A stretch of 64,000 nucleotides of DNA, from contig MU053216.1 in assembly GCA_013239625.1 (NCBI GenBank), forward strand, positions 1,180,001 to 1,244,000, given 5' to 3'. Below, piece after piece: positions 12,655 through 25,645 of the stretch. How positions within the stretch are numbered: position 1 is the first letter of the stretch; each line of letters begins with the position of its first letter. The notes under the pieces were generated by a model. The model worked only from the letters and a program-made list of their open reading frames with translations, did not search any database and had not been told where the DNA came from. A program made the position numbers and the translations under genes. Source of the stretch: Lama guanicoe. Lineage: Eukaryota.

Positions 12655-13625
12655 CTAAGCTTTCTATTTTGAGATAAGTATAGATTCACGTATCATTGTA
12701 GGAAGCAATACACAAAGATCACCTATGCTCATTGCCCAGTTTCCCCCATTCTAGCATCTTATAAAACATTAGTGCAATATCACAACCAACATATCAACTT
12801 GAGGCCACCAAAACACAGCATTTCATCACTGCAAGGCTTCCTCATGTCCCCCTTTCATAGTTACACCTGCCTGCCTCCCACCAGCACGCCCTCCTTAACA
12901 CTTGGAAACCACTAATCTGTTCTCGTTTCTACAATTTTGCCATTTCAAGAATGTTATATAAATGGAAGCATATGGTATGTGATGCTTTGGGAGTGGTTTT
13001 TGTATTCAGCAAGTTCCCTGGCGATCCAGCCAGACTGCTGCAGGCCTCAGAGGTTCTTTCCTCTGCTGCTGAGTAGCAGTTCACGGTGTGGATGTAATGC
13101 AGTTTACACATCCATTCTCCCGCTGAAGGACACCTGCGATGTTTCAAGGTTTTGACTATTTTCAATAAAGCTGCTAGAAACGTTTCTGTACAGGTTTTTG
13201 TGAACATGTCATTTCTCTAGGCTAAATGTCCAGGAGCGCAATAGCCCAAGTCACACGACAGCCCCAGGTCTAGTGTTTAAAGGAAATGGCAAACTCTCTT
13301 CCAAAGGGCTGTGCCATTTCATGCTCCCACCGGAAGCTCTGAGCAGCCCAGGCTCTTCAATTCCTGGCTAACACGTGGTGTTGTCACTGTTTTCTTTTAA
13401 ATTTTTTTCCTTTTATTTTTGTTTTTAATTTTTGTGGGGGAGGTAATTAAGTTTATTTATTTATCAATAGAGGTACTGGGGATTGAACCCAGGACCTAAG
13501 CATGCGCTCTACCACTGACTTATACCTTCCCCACCTTTTAAAAAAGAAAGCCATTCTAACGGTTTGTAGGGCTACCTTGTTGTTGTTTTAATTTGCGCTT
13601 CCCTCACGGCTGGAGATGCTACTTT
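12655..13625 (-). mobile_element. Old L1 (L1MC/MD-like) 3' region, antisense, with a nested SINE
   Basis: Minus ORF 12929-13207 is degenerate ORF2 (CPSAGEW..KLHYIHTVNCYSA); typical L1M 3' UTR motifs. Confidence 0.8.
13400..13532 (-). mobile_element. tRNA-Ala-derived SINE (Vic-1-like, long form) nested in L1
   Basis: gggggaggtaattaagtttatttat...gaggtactggggattgaacccaggacc; short internal deletion. Confidence 0.88.
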
Positions 13626-14039
13626 GGCCCCTCTTTCCTTCGCAGCTGCAACAAGTTCACCACCCCCTTCAGCAGCCCGGACCTCCCCACCACTGCACAC
13701 CTGCCCCCATCTGCCGGGTCCAGAACCAGCACCCGGGTAGGGGACCAGGCTAGGGAATGCGGGGCGCACCCTTCATGGGCCCGGCCAGCCCCTCGCCGCC
13801 CAGTTCCTCCTCCTGGGGGGAGAGGAGGGAGGGGAAGAGGGGAGTGGGGAGGGGAGGGACCCCCTCTGCAGCAAAGATGCGACGCCAAATAACATATCCA
13901 GATTGCGAATGAGGACAGAGCCCTTAAATCTGCCTTTATCACTACAATTATTACTGCTTATTGTTTACCAAGTGCTTTCTCTTTAAATCGGCAAGGTGTA
14001 ACAGCTTGGGGCCCCTATAAAACCCCAGATTTTACAGGA

Positions 14040-14950
14040 GGAGCGAGCTGGGCAGTAGGATCCGGCGGCCACAAGGGGGCCAGACCCTCCCGCTTTCTCG
14101 TTCGCTTGGCTGTTGCTCCCTTTTCCTGTTTGTTCGGGTTGAGAATTGCCTCCCGCCCCCTTGCGCGGAGCCCGTGCGCCCAGGAGGAGGCGGGCCTTGT
14201 TGCCTTGGCAACAGTCGGGTAACGCTGAGCAGCCGCCGCAGCAGCCAATAGAAGCGGGGGGCGGGGCCAGCAGAGTCCAGCTCTGCCACGGTGGGGGCTC
14301 GCAGGTTAGCCGACGCGCGTTTAGGGAGGGGAGTGGGTCCGGGCTCCCAGACTCCGGGCCTCAAGTCCTTCTTGGCCCGAGTGGGAGGAGCTGTGGGCGA
14401 CGATGGCGGAGGCCTGAGGGACGCGCGGCGGGGGTCGCAGCCCGGCGTCGTCAAGGGGACCCGAGGCCCACCGCCCCGCCCAGGAGGCCCTGCTGTCCGG
14501 AGCGCCACGTGGGCTATGGGAACCGGAGGCCGGGGAAGGAGGGGAGCGGCCTTCGCGGACCCGGCTTGGAGGGCCCTAGACCCCGGACCCAGCCCCCACC
14601 CCTTTCCCGCGCCCGGACGGAACGCATCCAGGGCCCAACGGGCCGCGTGACCACCTGGCTTTCTCCGCCTTCGTATTTGTTTTCCAGGTGCGCGATCTTG
14701 CTGGCCCCCAGCGCCTGAGAAGCATGAAGCTCCTATGCTTGGTGGCGGTGGTCGCGAGTCTGCTGGTGCCCCCAGCCCAAGCCAACAAGGTGAGGGAGGG
14801 GAGCCGGGAGCTCCCGTGCGCGACCACCGTGCCTGCGCCCGGGCTCCCAGGGTGGGGTCTGCTGCTTCGGGCCGGCCCCTCACTCCCCTGTGGGCTGTTC
14901 TGGGGCGTGTTCTCTCGGCCCTGGACTGCGGGCTTCCCAAAGAGCAGGGC
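14040..14950 (+). promoter_or_regulatory. TMEM9: TMEM9 CpG-island promoter with RFX X-box (14199-14212), CCAAT box (14245-14249) and GC box (~14256-14268)
   Basis: Dense CpG stretch just upstream of the first coding exon. Motifs GTTGCCTTGGCAAC, AGCCAATAG and GGGGGCGGGGCC are read directly. The acceptor tttgttttccag at 14687 implies a non-coding first exon upstream (possible donor gcag|gttagc at ~14305). Island limits are approximate. Confidence 0.8.
14724..14789 (+). CDS. TMEM9: TMEM9 coding exon 1 (signal peptide MKLLCLVAVVASLLVPPAQANK)
   Basis: agcATG start; matches the TMEM9 N-terminus; donor AAG|gtgagg at 14790. Confidence 0.96.
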
Positions 14951-15787
14951 CGGGAGAGGGGTGGTCTGCGGGGCACAGGCCTGGATCAGACACCAGAGGC
15001 GGAATTCCAGCCAGGGTTCTGTGTTGCAGAAGTTGTCCGAGTTCTCATACCTGCTTGTGCTCCTGGATGAGAAGGGGTGGTGGTTACAGTACCTACTGCT
15101 CTCCTCCCAGCACCCGGTGATGTTAGGGGTGGCAGTGCCCTGTGCGTGTAATGTCTACACTGGTGCAAGTTGCTGGTGTTGAGGAGACCCACCTCTGTGC
15201 TGTAACTCCATGCTAGCCTGGAGATAAGTCCCATTCTTCAGGGGTAGATGGCCCAGAGCTGGGTTTGGGTAGGTCTCTGGAATTCGAGCGAGGTTCTGGA
15301 GGTCACCAAGGCTTTGAATCAGACTGAGTCAGGGTTCGCTTCCAGTCCCTCTGGGGAATTCCTGACTGGAATGAAATATTTGTGTTGTTATCTCTGGCCC
15401 AGAGAGGGAGAACTTCAGAGGGGTTGCTTGCGAGTTTCCATGGAAATGCCATTTTTTTCTGGCTCACCCCCGCCCGTTCCCCCGGGAAGTTGGAGCTGGG
15501 GTTGGGGCGGAGGCTGGCCACCAGGGCTGCTAGACCCAGATACCACACAAGTGTGAGGCCCAGGGTAGAGGACTGTCACCGTGCTTGTATGTCCCCGGGT
15601 CCCCCTGCCAGGGAGTGGCGGCCCTGGGCAGCTTGCTCTGAGTCCCATTTATCTCCTCTGGACTGTTTCTTGAGGACCCTTTGGTGTAGCATCCTTCCTG
15701 CAGAAGTCGTTTCTGCTGAACTTGAGGTTGGGGGAGGGTCAGGAGTGCTCACATGGTCACCTTGTGGAACAGGGGACTGAGCGTTGA

Positions 15788-15916
<129 letters not shown>

Positions 15917-16394
15917 TAAGATGTTGCCCAGGCTGGCCCTTGAAGTTGTGGGGCTCAGCTGGGGTTCTTGGGCCCCTGGAGAGTAAGCCTGCTCTCCCAT
16001 TTCCATGGAGAACTTCACAAAGGAATGTTTTGTCCCTGGTCACACGCGCAGCTGGAAACAGGAAGCAGGTTCCAGATGTCTTTAATTCCAGCTGAGGGGT
16101 TCCTGGTCAGAGGAGTGGATCTTGTTAGTTTGCTTTGATTCAGGTGTCTATTGATATATGCAAGATGGTAGCGCAGAAGTTGAGAGAGGTAGGTATTAAG
16201 GCCACGTACTGTGGGATCCTTTGCTTGTACACTTTTGCAAAGATCTGTTACGTGGGTCATTCGGTGCCAATCTCATAACCACCTTGTAAGGTAGTGGGAT
16301 AAGTTGTGTCCCCGCTTTATAACTGCAGAGATGGAGACCCAGAGAGAATTTAAATTATACTCCTGGAAACTTTTCTTTCAAGACTTGATGAAGT

Positions 16395-16484
16395 GTTTTT
16401 TGTTTTTTAATGGAAGTACTGGGGATTGAACCCAGGACCTTATGCATGCTAAGCATATGCTCTACCACGGAGCTATACCCCCAC
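16395..16484 (-). mobile_element. tRNA-Ala-derived SINE (Vic-1-like) in the TMEM9 intron after coding exon 2
   Basis: The minus strand reads gggggtatagctccgtggtagagcatatgcttagcatgcataaggtcctgggttcaatccccagtacttcca plus an A-tail. Confidence 0.92.
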
Positions 16485-17002
16485 CGCTGCTTCTGGAGTC
16501 TAGAATTCATTTCTGGATGCCTTTAAAAAAGAGAGAAGTAATCAAAAGTTCATTAAGAGAAAGGAGACCAGCTTGCTGAAGGGAAGTTTCAGTATGTTGT
16601 CCTGGAAGGAATGGTTTAAGGAACTATATTCTGAAGAGGAGAAGATTTGGGGACACACATGCCTGAAAAGATGGGAGAGGGGCTGGCATGCTCTGAGGTA
16701 GGGACACTGTGTGAATTTGGTGTAGGATGGGAGCTTCCAGGAAACAGATTTAAGCGTGAGTTGAGGAGGCATTTCTGACCAGGGTGTCTCCGGAGCTGGG
16801 GCCCCTCATCCTGGAGGACTGAGCACAGACGGGGTGGTGCCTGGGTCAGGTCGCGGTGAAAGCCATGACCTCGCGTGAGGGAGCGGTGCGGGGGGACAGG
16901 TCAGCGTCACCTCCACTTGTCTGTGCGTCAGGACCACCAGGTGGGCTTCGAGAAAATACAGAAAATCCCAGTGCCTCCTCCCTCGTGATTCTGGGGTTCT
17001 TT

Positions 17003-17245
17003 TTGTTGTTGTTGTTTTCCCCAGCTTGAGATAAACCAGACAGAGAACCTTGTGTGAGGCTCAGATGGACAGCATGATGACTGGATACACGTGTTGTGAA
17101 ATAAGGTTAACATGTCCATCGCCTCACATAAGTACCGTGTGTGTGTAGGCGGGTGAGAACGTTCATGACCTACTCTGAGCAACTTTCAAGTGTATGATAC
17201 AGTATTATGAACCATAGTCACCGTGCTGTGCATCAGATCCCCTCC
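17003..17245 (-). mobile_element. L1 3' end fragment (L1MA-like)
   Basis: tactctgagcaactttcaagtgtatgatacagtattatgaaccatagtcaccgtgctgtgcat is typical of L1MA 3' ends. Confidence 0.7.
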
Positions 17246-17829
17246 CCTCCAGGTTTGGATTCAGTGACTTCGTGGGAAGTGGGGCACGGCAGTAACTTTT
17301 TCTTAAATAGGTGACAGTGATGCACTTGGCCCAGAGCAGCGCTTGGGACTTTGAGCCCGTCCAACTCGGAGATGGTCTGAGCCAGTTGGTTAGAGGCACA
17401 GACTCTGGACCCAGCCTGCCTGGCTTCACATCCAGCTTTGCCGCTTGCTCACTCTGAGGCAGTTACTTAATCCCCAGTGTGTTTCCGTTTCCTCCTCTAT
17501 AAAGTGGTGGCAGTGTTTTGAGTATTAGTGAGCGTGTGCGTGTGTGTGTGCGCGCACACGCGATGCATGTACAAGTAAGCGTAGCGCTAGAGCAGCTCCT
17601 GGCAGGAGTGAGAGCTGTGGAAGTATCGCTGGTTTCAGTAGCGCTGCATACTCTCATGCCTTCCTGGAGGCCACCAAGATCGTCATCGGCCGACTTACAG
17701 CACAGCCCCGGACGCTTGGGCTCCCCAACGGTGCTGGGCGGGCTCCCTCTGTCTCTGCCGGTCCTGATGGAGACACGAAGCCCTAAGATGTGGAGTCATG
17801 GGAGAGCCCATGTGACCTCCTGTTATCTT

Positions 17830-18295
17830 TTCTTCCTTTTTTAATATCAGCTTTATTGAGCTATAACTCATGTAATCATAAAACTTACCCATTTTAAATC
17901 TACAATTCAATGGGCTATAGTATATTCACAAAATTGCACAGTTATTACCACAATAAATTTTAGAACATTTTAATCACTTCAAATAGAAGTTCCATGACGA
18001 CACAGTCACTGCCCGTCCCTCACTTGCCCGCCCTGGCAGTCACCAGTCTGCTTTCTGTCTCTCATTTTGTCTCTTCTGGACGTTTCATGTAAATAGAATC
18101 ACACCATACGTGGTCCTTTGTGACTGGCTTCTTCCAGTGAGCTTAATGTCTTCAAGGTTCATCCCGGTTGGAGCATGTAATAGTATTTTGTTCTTTTTCA
18201 TAGCTGCATAATATTCTGTTATATGGCTCTACCACCTTTTGTTTATCTACTCTTCAGCTGATAGGCATTTGGGTTGTTTCCACTGTTTGGTTATT
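17830..18295 (-). mobile_element. L1 3' end (L1MB-like) with 20-bp target-site duplication
   Basis: cagctttattgag..ttacccattttaaa..tacaattcaatg; flanked by atgtgacctcctgttatctt (17810-17829) and atgtgacctcttgttatctt (18296-18315). Confidence 0.88.
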
Positions 18296-19497
18296 ATGTG
18301 ACCTCTTGTTATCTTGTGGTTACAGTTCAAATAGGGTTAGGAAATACACTAGACTGTTTCAAGCCCGCTCCAGATAATAAGGCTACACCCCACAGGCACC
18401 AGCCAGCACTGTCTCTGCCCTTGGGTCAGAGTAAGGCCTCAAAACCCAAGTAAGGATGCCCGCAGAGACAAGTCCTGCCCGGCCCTCTCAGGCTGTGGTT
18501 CACCTCCTTCCCCTGAGAAGGCAGCGTTCGGGGGAGCCAGGCACAGCAGAGATATTCCAGCTCCTCGCTTGCTGTCTTTTACCCTCGGTCACAGGATCCC
18601 ATCTGAAGGCCTCAGGTTGGCCCCTCCCAGCTGCCCCCAACCCCCTACCTTGCCTCGTGGGGAACCCACATGTCCCACTGGCACACCAGAGCGACCCTCC
18701 AAATGCAGGGAGGAATCTGGGCCTCGGGAGGCGTGTAGAGGCTCCTGGAGAGGGGGGACCCAGAAGTGGTGTCCCAGCACAGGGTGTGGACCTGGCCCTT
18801 CCGTTGACCCCTGCCCAGGTGCAGCGTTTTTTTAGAGCCGGGAGCCACGTGCCCAGGCTGGACCTGGGTCATCAGAGGTTCAGGTAGAATCACACCTGCC
18901 ACATGCTGGACCTTCAGGGGAGGACACGCCATCCTGCCTCTGCTGGAAACCCAGCCCCAGGCCAGAGGGATGTCAGGGATTGAGTTAGAGCTGGGAGGGC
19001 CTGGAGGGTCACCTGGTGCAACCACTGCAGCTCCCAGAGGAGAGACAGGCCCAGGGCACCGGGTCTTGGTGGCAGGGCTTGGCTGAGACAGCAGTGGGAG
19101 AGAAGAGGGAGGCGGGTTTCAGAAATGCTTTAGGAGGCAAAGTCCTGGTGTTGGCTGGATTCATGGGTGAGAGGACAACAGGGTCAGAGTTGGTTCCAGG
19201 CTTGACCTGGTTGGAGGAGGTGCTGGTGGAGGTGCTTCTGCCCCAGGACAGACCCCAGAGCCGTGTATGGGCCTGGGGGTGGTGGGGTGGACACTCACGT
19301 GGTGAGTCAGGTCAGAGTGGAGGAGGGGCCCTGACCAGGGGTTCTCGTCTAGGACACATCAGCTTCTGCCTTGACTCTTTGAGGGGAGGAGCCCCCAGGG
19401 AGAGGGCAGCGGAGGGCAGGACCTGGGGAACGTGGGCCTTTACAGTGCCAGCACCTGCCCTGTGGAGCCTTTCTGACGGGCGGGGGCGACGCTGTGA

Positions 19498-19851
<354 letters not shown>

Positions 19852-21830
19852 TAGCCTTCCATGTGGCTGTTAGGCTGTCTCCGAGGCTGGCCTGGTCACA
19901 GCGCAGGGACCCCTTCCTCACCCCCTCTTGGAGCCTCTCTCCCCTCTGACGCCAGCACACTTGCAGGGGGACCTGGGAGAGTGCTGGAGACCACTTCCCT
20001 CCACTTTTCCCATTTGCTCTTTCCCCTCTCTCCTTCAGTTCATTCAGTGGACATCCCTGGGTGCCAAGCAGGATGCTGGGAGAAGAGGTACCCGCTCTCG
20101 GGAACCTCCAGTCTAGTTAAGATCCCCAAGTGACCCCAGACCCCAGGAGAGGCTCTTCAGAGCTGCCCCCCCGGGGCTGGCGGGATGAGCCATACCCGCT
20201 CCCTTTACTTTTCCTTGAACCTTGATCTGTGGATCATCAGGTGAATTCTGGGCAAGTGGTAGAGTGGCCCCCAGCACGGAGTGGGAATGGGGAGAGGTCT
20301 AGTCCCTTCCTCCGCCTCCAGGCAGGGCTTGCCGGATGAGGGCCTCTAGCCAACTTGTCCCCAGCCCACCCTGCTCTCCTAGTCCAGACTCTAGCCATTG
20401 TGATCCAGGTTGCACTTGCTGACTTTGAACATAAGCCCTTCTTGGTCCAGCCTTTAAGCTTGTCTCCCTGTGTCCTGTGAAGAGCCTGCAGGTAGCATCA
20501 GTAAAGGACTGTCAGCAACACCACTGCATCCACCATCAGGCTTCCCTTTCAGGCTGGGCTCGTTTGGAGGAGGGGTGAGGACCACTGTCCTCCCTGCCTG
20601 GACCAGCGAGCCTGTCCTGTGGTGCACTTCACGGTGGGCACGGCTGCTCGTGCACCCACCCCACCACTGCCCCTTCTCCCTCTCTGAGCTTGATCCATGG
20701 CCCCATCCTCGGGACCAGGTGCCCAAGGCCTTAAATTCAAGCCAAATGTCGCCTCTCCCTGTTTGACTGGGAAGGGGCTTCCCGACCTGGGGCCCTCATC
20801 GGACACACTTCCTAATCCCCCAGTTTCCCTCTGGTCCTTTTCTCTGAGAGATCCCCCCAGCTTCCGCCTGTTAGAGACTCCGTCCCCATCCCCTCTTCCC
20901 TGCTCGGGTACAGGCAAGAGGTCTTTACCTTCACCCTGTCTAGAGCTGCCCCAGTCAGGGAGGGAGCTGGTCCAGCTGGACTTGGCTGTGGACTGAGCTC
21001 ATCCCCCGTCACAGTCAGTGTACACGCCAGGCTAGGATTGGAAGCCAGGGACGGCCAGGTGTTGGGGCGCAGGAAGGGTATTTGAGGTGTGGTCCTCAAA
21101 TCTGAGCTCAAGCCACATCCGCCACGTGGTAGCCTTGGGACCGAGGGTGATGTGGCCTGGGGGGTCTGCATCAGGTGAGTGTCAGCCCCCCAGGGGACAC
21201 TTGAAGATGGGCTGAGCTGCCTCTGTGGCCCTGGTATCTGAGGTGTGTTACTAACTGGCTAACATCTTGGGGAGTTCCGCCTAAGGTCCCCGTAGCACGC
21301 ACGTTGAGAAGCAGTGAATTAGCCTCCTTAACGCTATCTTTACTGTAAAACAAAAATGACTCCAGCTTGCAAGGCTCTCCAAGTAGGTAAGAAGTTTGAG
21401 AAGTTGTCTCTCTGCCCCTGGCCGCATCTCTGCGTGGTCCAGACTGAAGCTTCCAGCGCAGCTTGCCTTCAGTCGGGCTGGGTTCTTCCCGCTCTGACTG
21501 GTCCGATCGCTTCCCCGCCGTCTGGCTGGGTAGGTTCCCTTCCCCTGTTCTCCAGCCCTGGGGTCCTGGTGTGTCAGGACCCAGGCCTCTCCCTTCATCA
21601 CCGGTCATCTTCATGCTGCCAGAGAACTGGTGGCTCTTGCGGGGCCCCCTCCATCAGGGGCCGTCAGTACCTGTGGAGCCGGCATCCCTGCCCTGCCCAG
21701 CTTCTCCACGCCCGCAGGGGCTCCTGGCCCTTCCCCACGCAGCACTTGAGGCCACGGCGCCGTTGAAGGTGGACCGCACCGGGGAGGAGCGGCGGTGTTG
21801 GTGCACAGGATGAGCGAGGTCTCTCCGCAG

Positions 21831-21962
21831 GTCATCATCGTCATCTACCTGTCGGTGGTGGGTGCCCTCCTGCTCTACATGGCCTTTCTGATGCTGGTGG
21901 ACCCTCTGATTCGAAAGCCGGATGCCTACACTGAGCGACTGCACAACGAGGAGGAGAACGAG
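21831..21962 (+). CDS. TMEM9: TMEM9 coding exon 4 (TM helix VIIVIYLSVVGALLLYMAFLMLV through NEEENE)
   Basis: Acceptor ctctccgcag, donor GAG|gtactg; 132 nt. Confidence 0.97.
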
Positions 21963-24900
21963 GTACTGGGCTCCGGGTGTGGCCCCGCCGGTCCCTCCGC
22001 CTGTGCACAGGGTCCAGTGTGTCCTTAGCGGGGAGCTGCCCTTTGCACGCCCAGACGCAGCGGAGGGTGGCCCTGAGTTTTCCCTGATCCGGTGCCAGGC
22101 AGCCTCGGTGCACAGGCTGGGGATACGTCTTCCTGTCACACTGCGTTTCTGGCAGAGGGGAAGTGAGCCTGCCAGTCAGCCGCACGTAGGTGCTCAGGCC
22201 TCAGTGTCAGGGTGGCGGTGGACTTGGAGAGGCACCTGGCGAGTCTGGGACACACTGCAGGGGAAGCCCAGGGCGGGCCAGAGGAGGTGGGAGCAGCTCT
22301 CTGTGGGAGTGAGAGGTGATGTGTGCCGTGCAGCAGCCCCCAGAGCAGTGACGGTGACCGTGCCGGGGGTCCTGACCTGCGCAGCCGCCATGTGTGCTGC
22401 CCACGTGAGTGAGGAGGGTCGCCCCAAAGTATCTGCAGGCAGGTGTGGCTCAGGACGCTTCCTGCCCCGGGGACGGGCTGCGCCAAGGTGCAGAGGGCAC
22501 GGGCACGCCTCCCTGCTGCTAGAAGATGGCCCTGAGTTCATCCCTGGAGGGAGGGAGGGCTGGAGGGTAGGGACTGCTGGACTGGCTTGCGTACAAAGGG
22601 GCACCTGGTGGTGGACGGCCTGACCAGGCCCGGGGAGAAGTGGTTGAAGAGACTGAGAGGTGTTTAGCTTGAAAGAAAAACAAAATCCAGACTCAGGAAG
22701 CCTTCCAGTGTTTGCAGAAGAGAGCTTGGCCCACCCTGGTTCTCAGGACCGCAGCCCGGAGCTGCGAGGGAGCTTTAACACCCATGAGAGGGGGTCTTCC
22801 TGCAGGTGACCCGGTCGAGCCGGGGGCAGGCGGGCTCCCTGGTAAGGTGGAGAGTGGATCAGTCACCACTGCGAGCGCCTCACACTGGGCTGGAGCTGGG
22901 GAAAGCAGATTCCCACTGAGACGAGGATCTGGGGCTCAGACCTCAGCGTGAAGCTGCCCAGCCTGTGTGAGGCCAGGGAGTAAGGGGGGCCGAGCCCGTC
23001 CATGTCCCGTCCGTGGTGCCTTCCGGGACCGCTCCAGCCTGCCCCAGCCTCCTGCCGACGTGTTTGTGGGGCCGGCAGTTGGGTGGTCTGTGTCCAGGAG
23101 GAAGCCTCGAGCGCCAACCTGGTTATTAATGTGCTGTAATAGCAGCCCTGCTGGAGGAGGAGTGGCGCTGATGAGCGCTGGGCGATTAGGGGATGTGCTA
23201 ATTGCAGTGCTGCCTGGGGAGTGACTGAGAGATGGCGATGATTACACGGCTCTACTGGTCCCTGGAATTCGAGGCTCCTGGGCAGGGCATGGCCTCGCAT
23301 CTCCTGCCTCCTGGCTATGGACCCTGGGTGCCGCCCCTCCCTCCACTCATCCCCTCCCCGTCTCTCTTCCTCCTGCTGTACTCAGGTCCTACAGGTGCCC
23401 TGTGTAGGTGCACAGACCTGGGGTCCCCTGTGGGGTCTGAGCCCCAGGCAGAGCCACAGCCGGGGGTGTGCAGGGTCCGGCGGGGAGAAGCTGGGTGCTG
23501 GGGGCTCCTTACCAGACGGGCGCTGGGGACTTAGTCCTCCTGGTGTCGTGTAGGAGAGGACTTCCAGGCAGCTGGGCCCCTCAGAGAGCAGTGGTGGGGG
23601 GTAGGGGGAGAGGGGCCGCTCAGGCGCTGCGGCTAAACAGAACAGAGACAGTGCGGGCACCTGCCACCCCGAGCAGCGCCCGTGGGGAGCCTGGGCCTGA
23701 GGCCAGGAGAGGAGGCCCTGTGGCCTCTGCTGGGCAGAGCAGAAGCAGGCTGAGGCTGTGTGCCTGGGTTCACTGTGGTCGTGGGAGTGCTCACCTTGAG
23801 AAGGCTGGAGTCCTCCCGGGGCGGGGGCTAAGCTTCCACCCCAGAGGAAGGAGGTCAGGTTCTAGGCCTGTGCAACGCAGTGACCTTGAGGAGAGGCTCC
23901 CCTCCCTGGCCCGAGAAGTCAGGTATCAAAGGTGAGATCCGGGGGTTGATCACGTCCCAGGATGGGGGCCCCTTGGCTCCGTCCCCCCAGCTCCTGCAGC
24001 CAGGAGCTCCTGCCTGGGGTGGGAGGACAGAGAGGAAGGGGTGGAGGGGATGAAAGGCTCGCTCCCTTTGAAGGCTCCGCGGGTCTCGGTGGGCCCGAGT
24101 GCCGGGCGCGGCCTCCCCCGGGATTCCAGCAGCATTAGGGCTAATCCCTGGGCTCAGACGCCCTTTGAAAGGAGGAAGCCAGCGTGTTTGCTGGGCAGAA
24201 ACGGCAAACAGAGCGTTAGATGTGAAGGTCTGGGCCCCTTTGAAGAGGGAGAAGGAAGGGTTTCTGTGAGGTGCTGGGTGTGTCTGCCCCTCACTGCGTG
24301 GGCCTGCGCTCTGCCGGGTCCCCCAGTATCGCAGCCCACCAGGCGGGGTCGGGGTCAGGAGAGGGGTGTGCAGCAGGGATGATGTGGTGGCTGCTGGGGA
24401 CGGGAGAGGACTGGGGAGAAGAGGGCTGCTGGGCAGACGGGGCAGCGGGGAGCCCGGGAGAGCAGGGGAGGCGAGGCTGGACGTGCGGTCCTGCCAGCCC
24501 AGGGCCTTGAAAGCCAGACTTCGGAGACATCGGTTCGGATCCTGGCTCAGCTCCTGAGCAGCTGTGTGACCTTGGGCAGCGAGTGATTCATCTCTCAGAG
24601 CCTCGGTTCCCTCATCTGCAGATGAGAACACCGCTGCCCCACGCCAGTCTCGGGAACCTGGGAACAAGCCGAGTGAGGCGCCGGTGAGCGCCTGGTGCCC
24701 AGTGACATGGTCCTGCTGGCCCGTGGGACCCAGGCTTGCCTCCCCTGTCCTCACTGCCCGAGGCCTGGCCTCAGAGGGAAGAGGGTTGAAAGTGTGGTAT
24801 TTCCCGCTGCAGAGCTGGGAGGCCCCTCTGGGCGTCTCTAGAGCAGATGTGGGGTCTAATACCCGTTAATCAGGCTGTTAGCCCTGGAAGCGCGGAGCCT

Positions 24901-25429
24901 CTCAGGCGCCGCTTCCCTGACTTAGGAGCTGTTTGTCAAGACTTTACATGAAGGGAAGACGAGTGATGCTGTGGTAACGCCGTGAATTTCCACTTGTTCC
25001 CTTAATGCGCGGCTCCCGTCAGGAACGGATCTGGAGGGAGGTGACCTTTCAAAGGCCTCCCCACGCCGGCAGCAGGCGGCCAGCTCTCCCGACCCTGCCT
25101 GGGAGTCCCAGAGCTGGGTCTGGTCCTCACGGTTGCTGCTGTGAAATGCGCGCTTGCCATCCGCCAGGCGCCCCTGAACGCTTTGCACTCGTCACCCCTC
25201 GGGAGCTGCTCCTTTAGGCGCTGTCTGTGGAGGGAAGCAGGCTCAGAGGACGGTGACCTGCCCGGGGTCCTGTCCCAGTGGGTGTCAGAGCCTAGAGGCA
25301 AAGCCAGGTTTGTGTGATTCCAAGGTCTCCTTTCCACTGCGGAAGCAAAACACTTGGTGGGCTCCGTCTGTGACAGCCGGTGTCCTAAGGACTTCACTCA
25401 CGGATGCTTCTGGACTTAACCTGGCTGCA

Positions 25430-25645
25430 CTTGTCTCCTGTTGTTTGAAAGTGTGGGTCATCACCCATTAGGGCATGAAATCAAGGTAGCAATTCTTGAC
25501 CAGCTTTGGGAAAAAATGGGACGGAGCAGAGAATGTCCGAGTGCATCACACCGAGTGTTGTGTGAAACCGTGTGCGCGCTCAGTCATCAGGTGAATGAAA
25601 TTTCGGCCGACAGTGTGGTCAAAAAAGTCTAAGAAGACAGGCTTT
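25430..25645. mobile_element. Degenerate hAT/Charlie4-like DNA transposon relic
   Basis: aaagtgtgggtcatcacccattag...gtggtcaaaaaagtctaagaagaca termini resemble Charlie4/MER80-type elements. Confidence 0.4.

Noticed and set aside
14016..14022. TATAAAA upstream of TMEM9
   Set aside because: It lies upstream of the X-box/CCAAT/GC cluster, in MIR-like sequence, and is wrongly placed for the core promoter.
14032..14976. 314-aa minus ORF and other ORFs over the TMEM9 promoter
   Set aside because: Stop codons are scarce in CpG islands; the products are Pro/Arg/Gly/Ala-rich with no domain.
14688..15182. 164-aa ORF containing a signal peptide
   Set aside because: It is TMEM9 coding exon 1 read into the intron past a good donor at 14790.
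16410..16484. tRNA-Ala(AGC)-like sequences (six copies)
   Set aside because: A-tails, a clear TSD on at least one copy, and mismatched stems identify them as SINEs, not tRNA genes.
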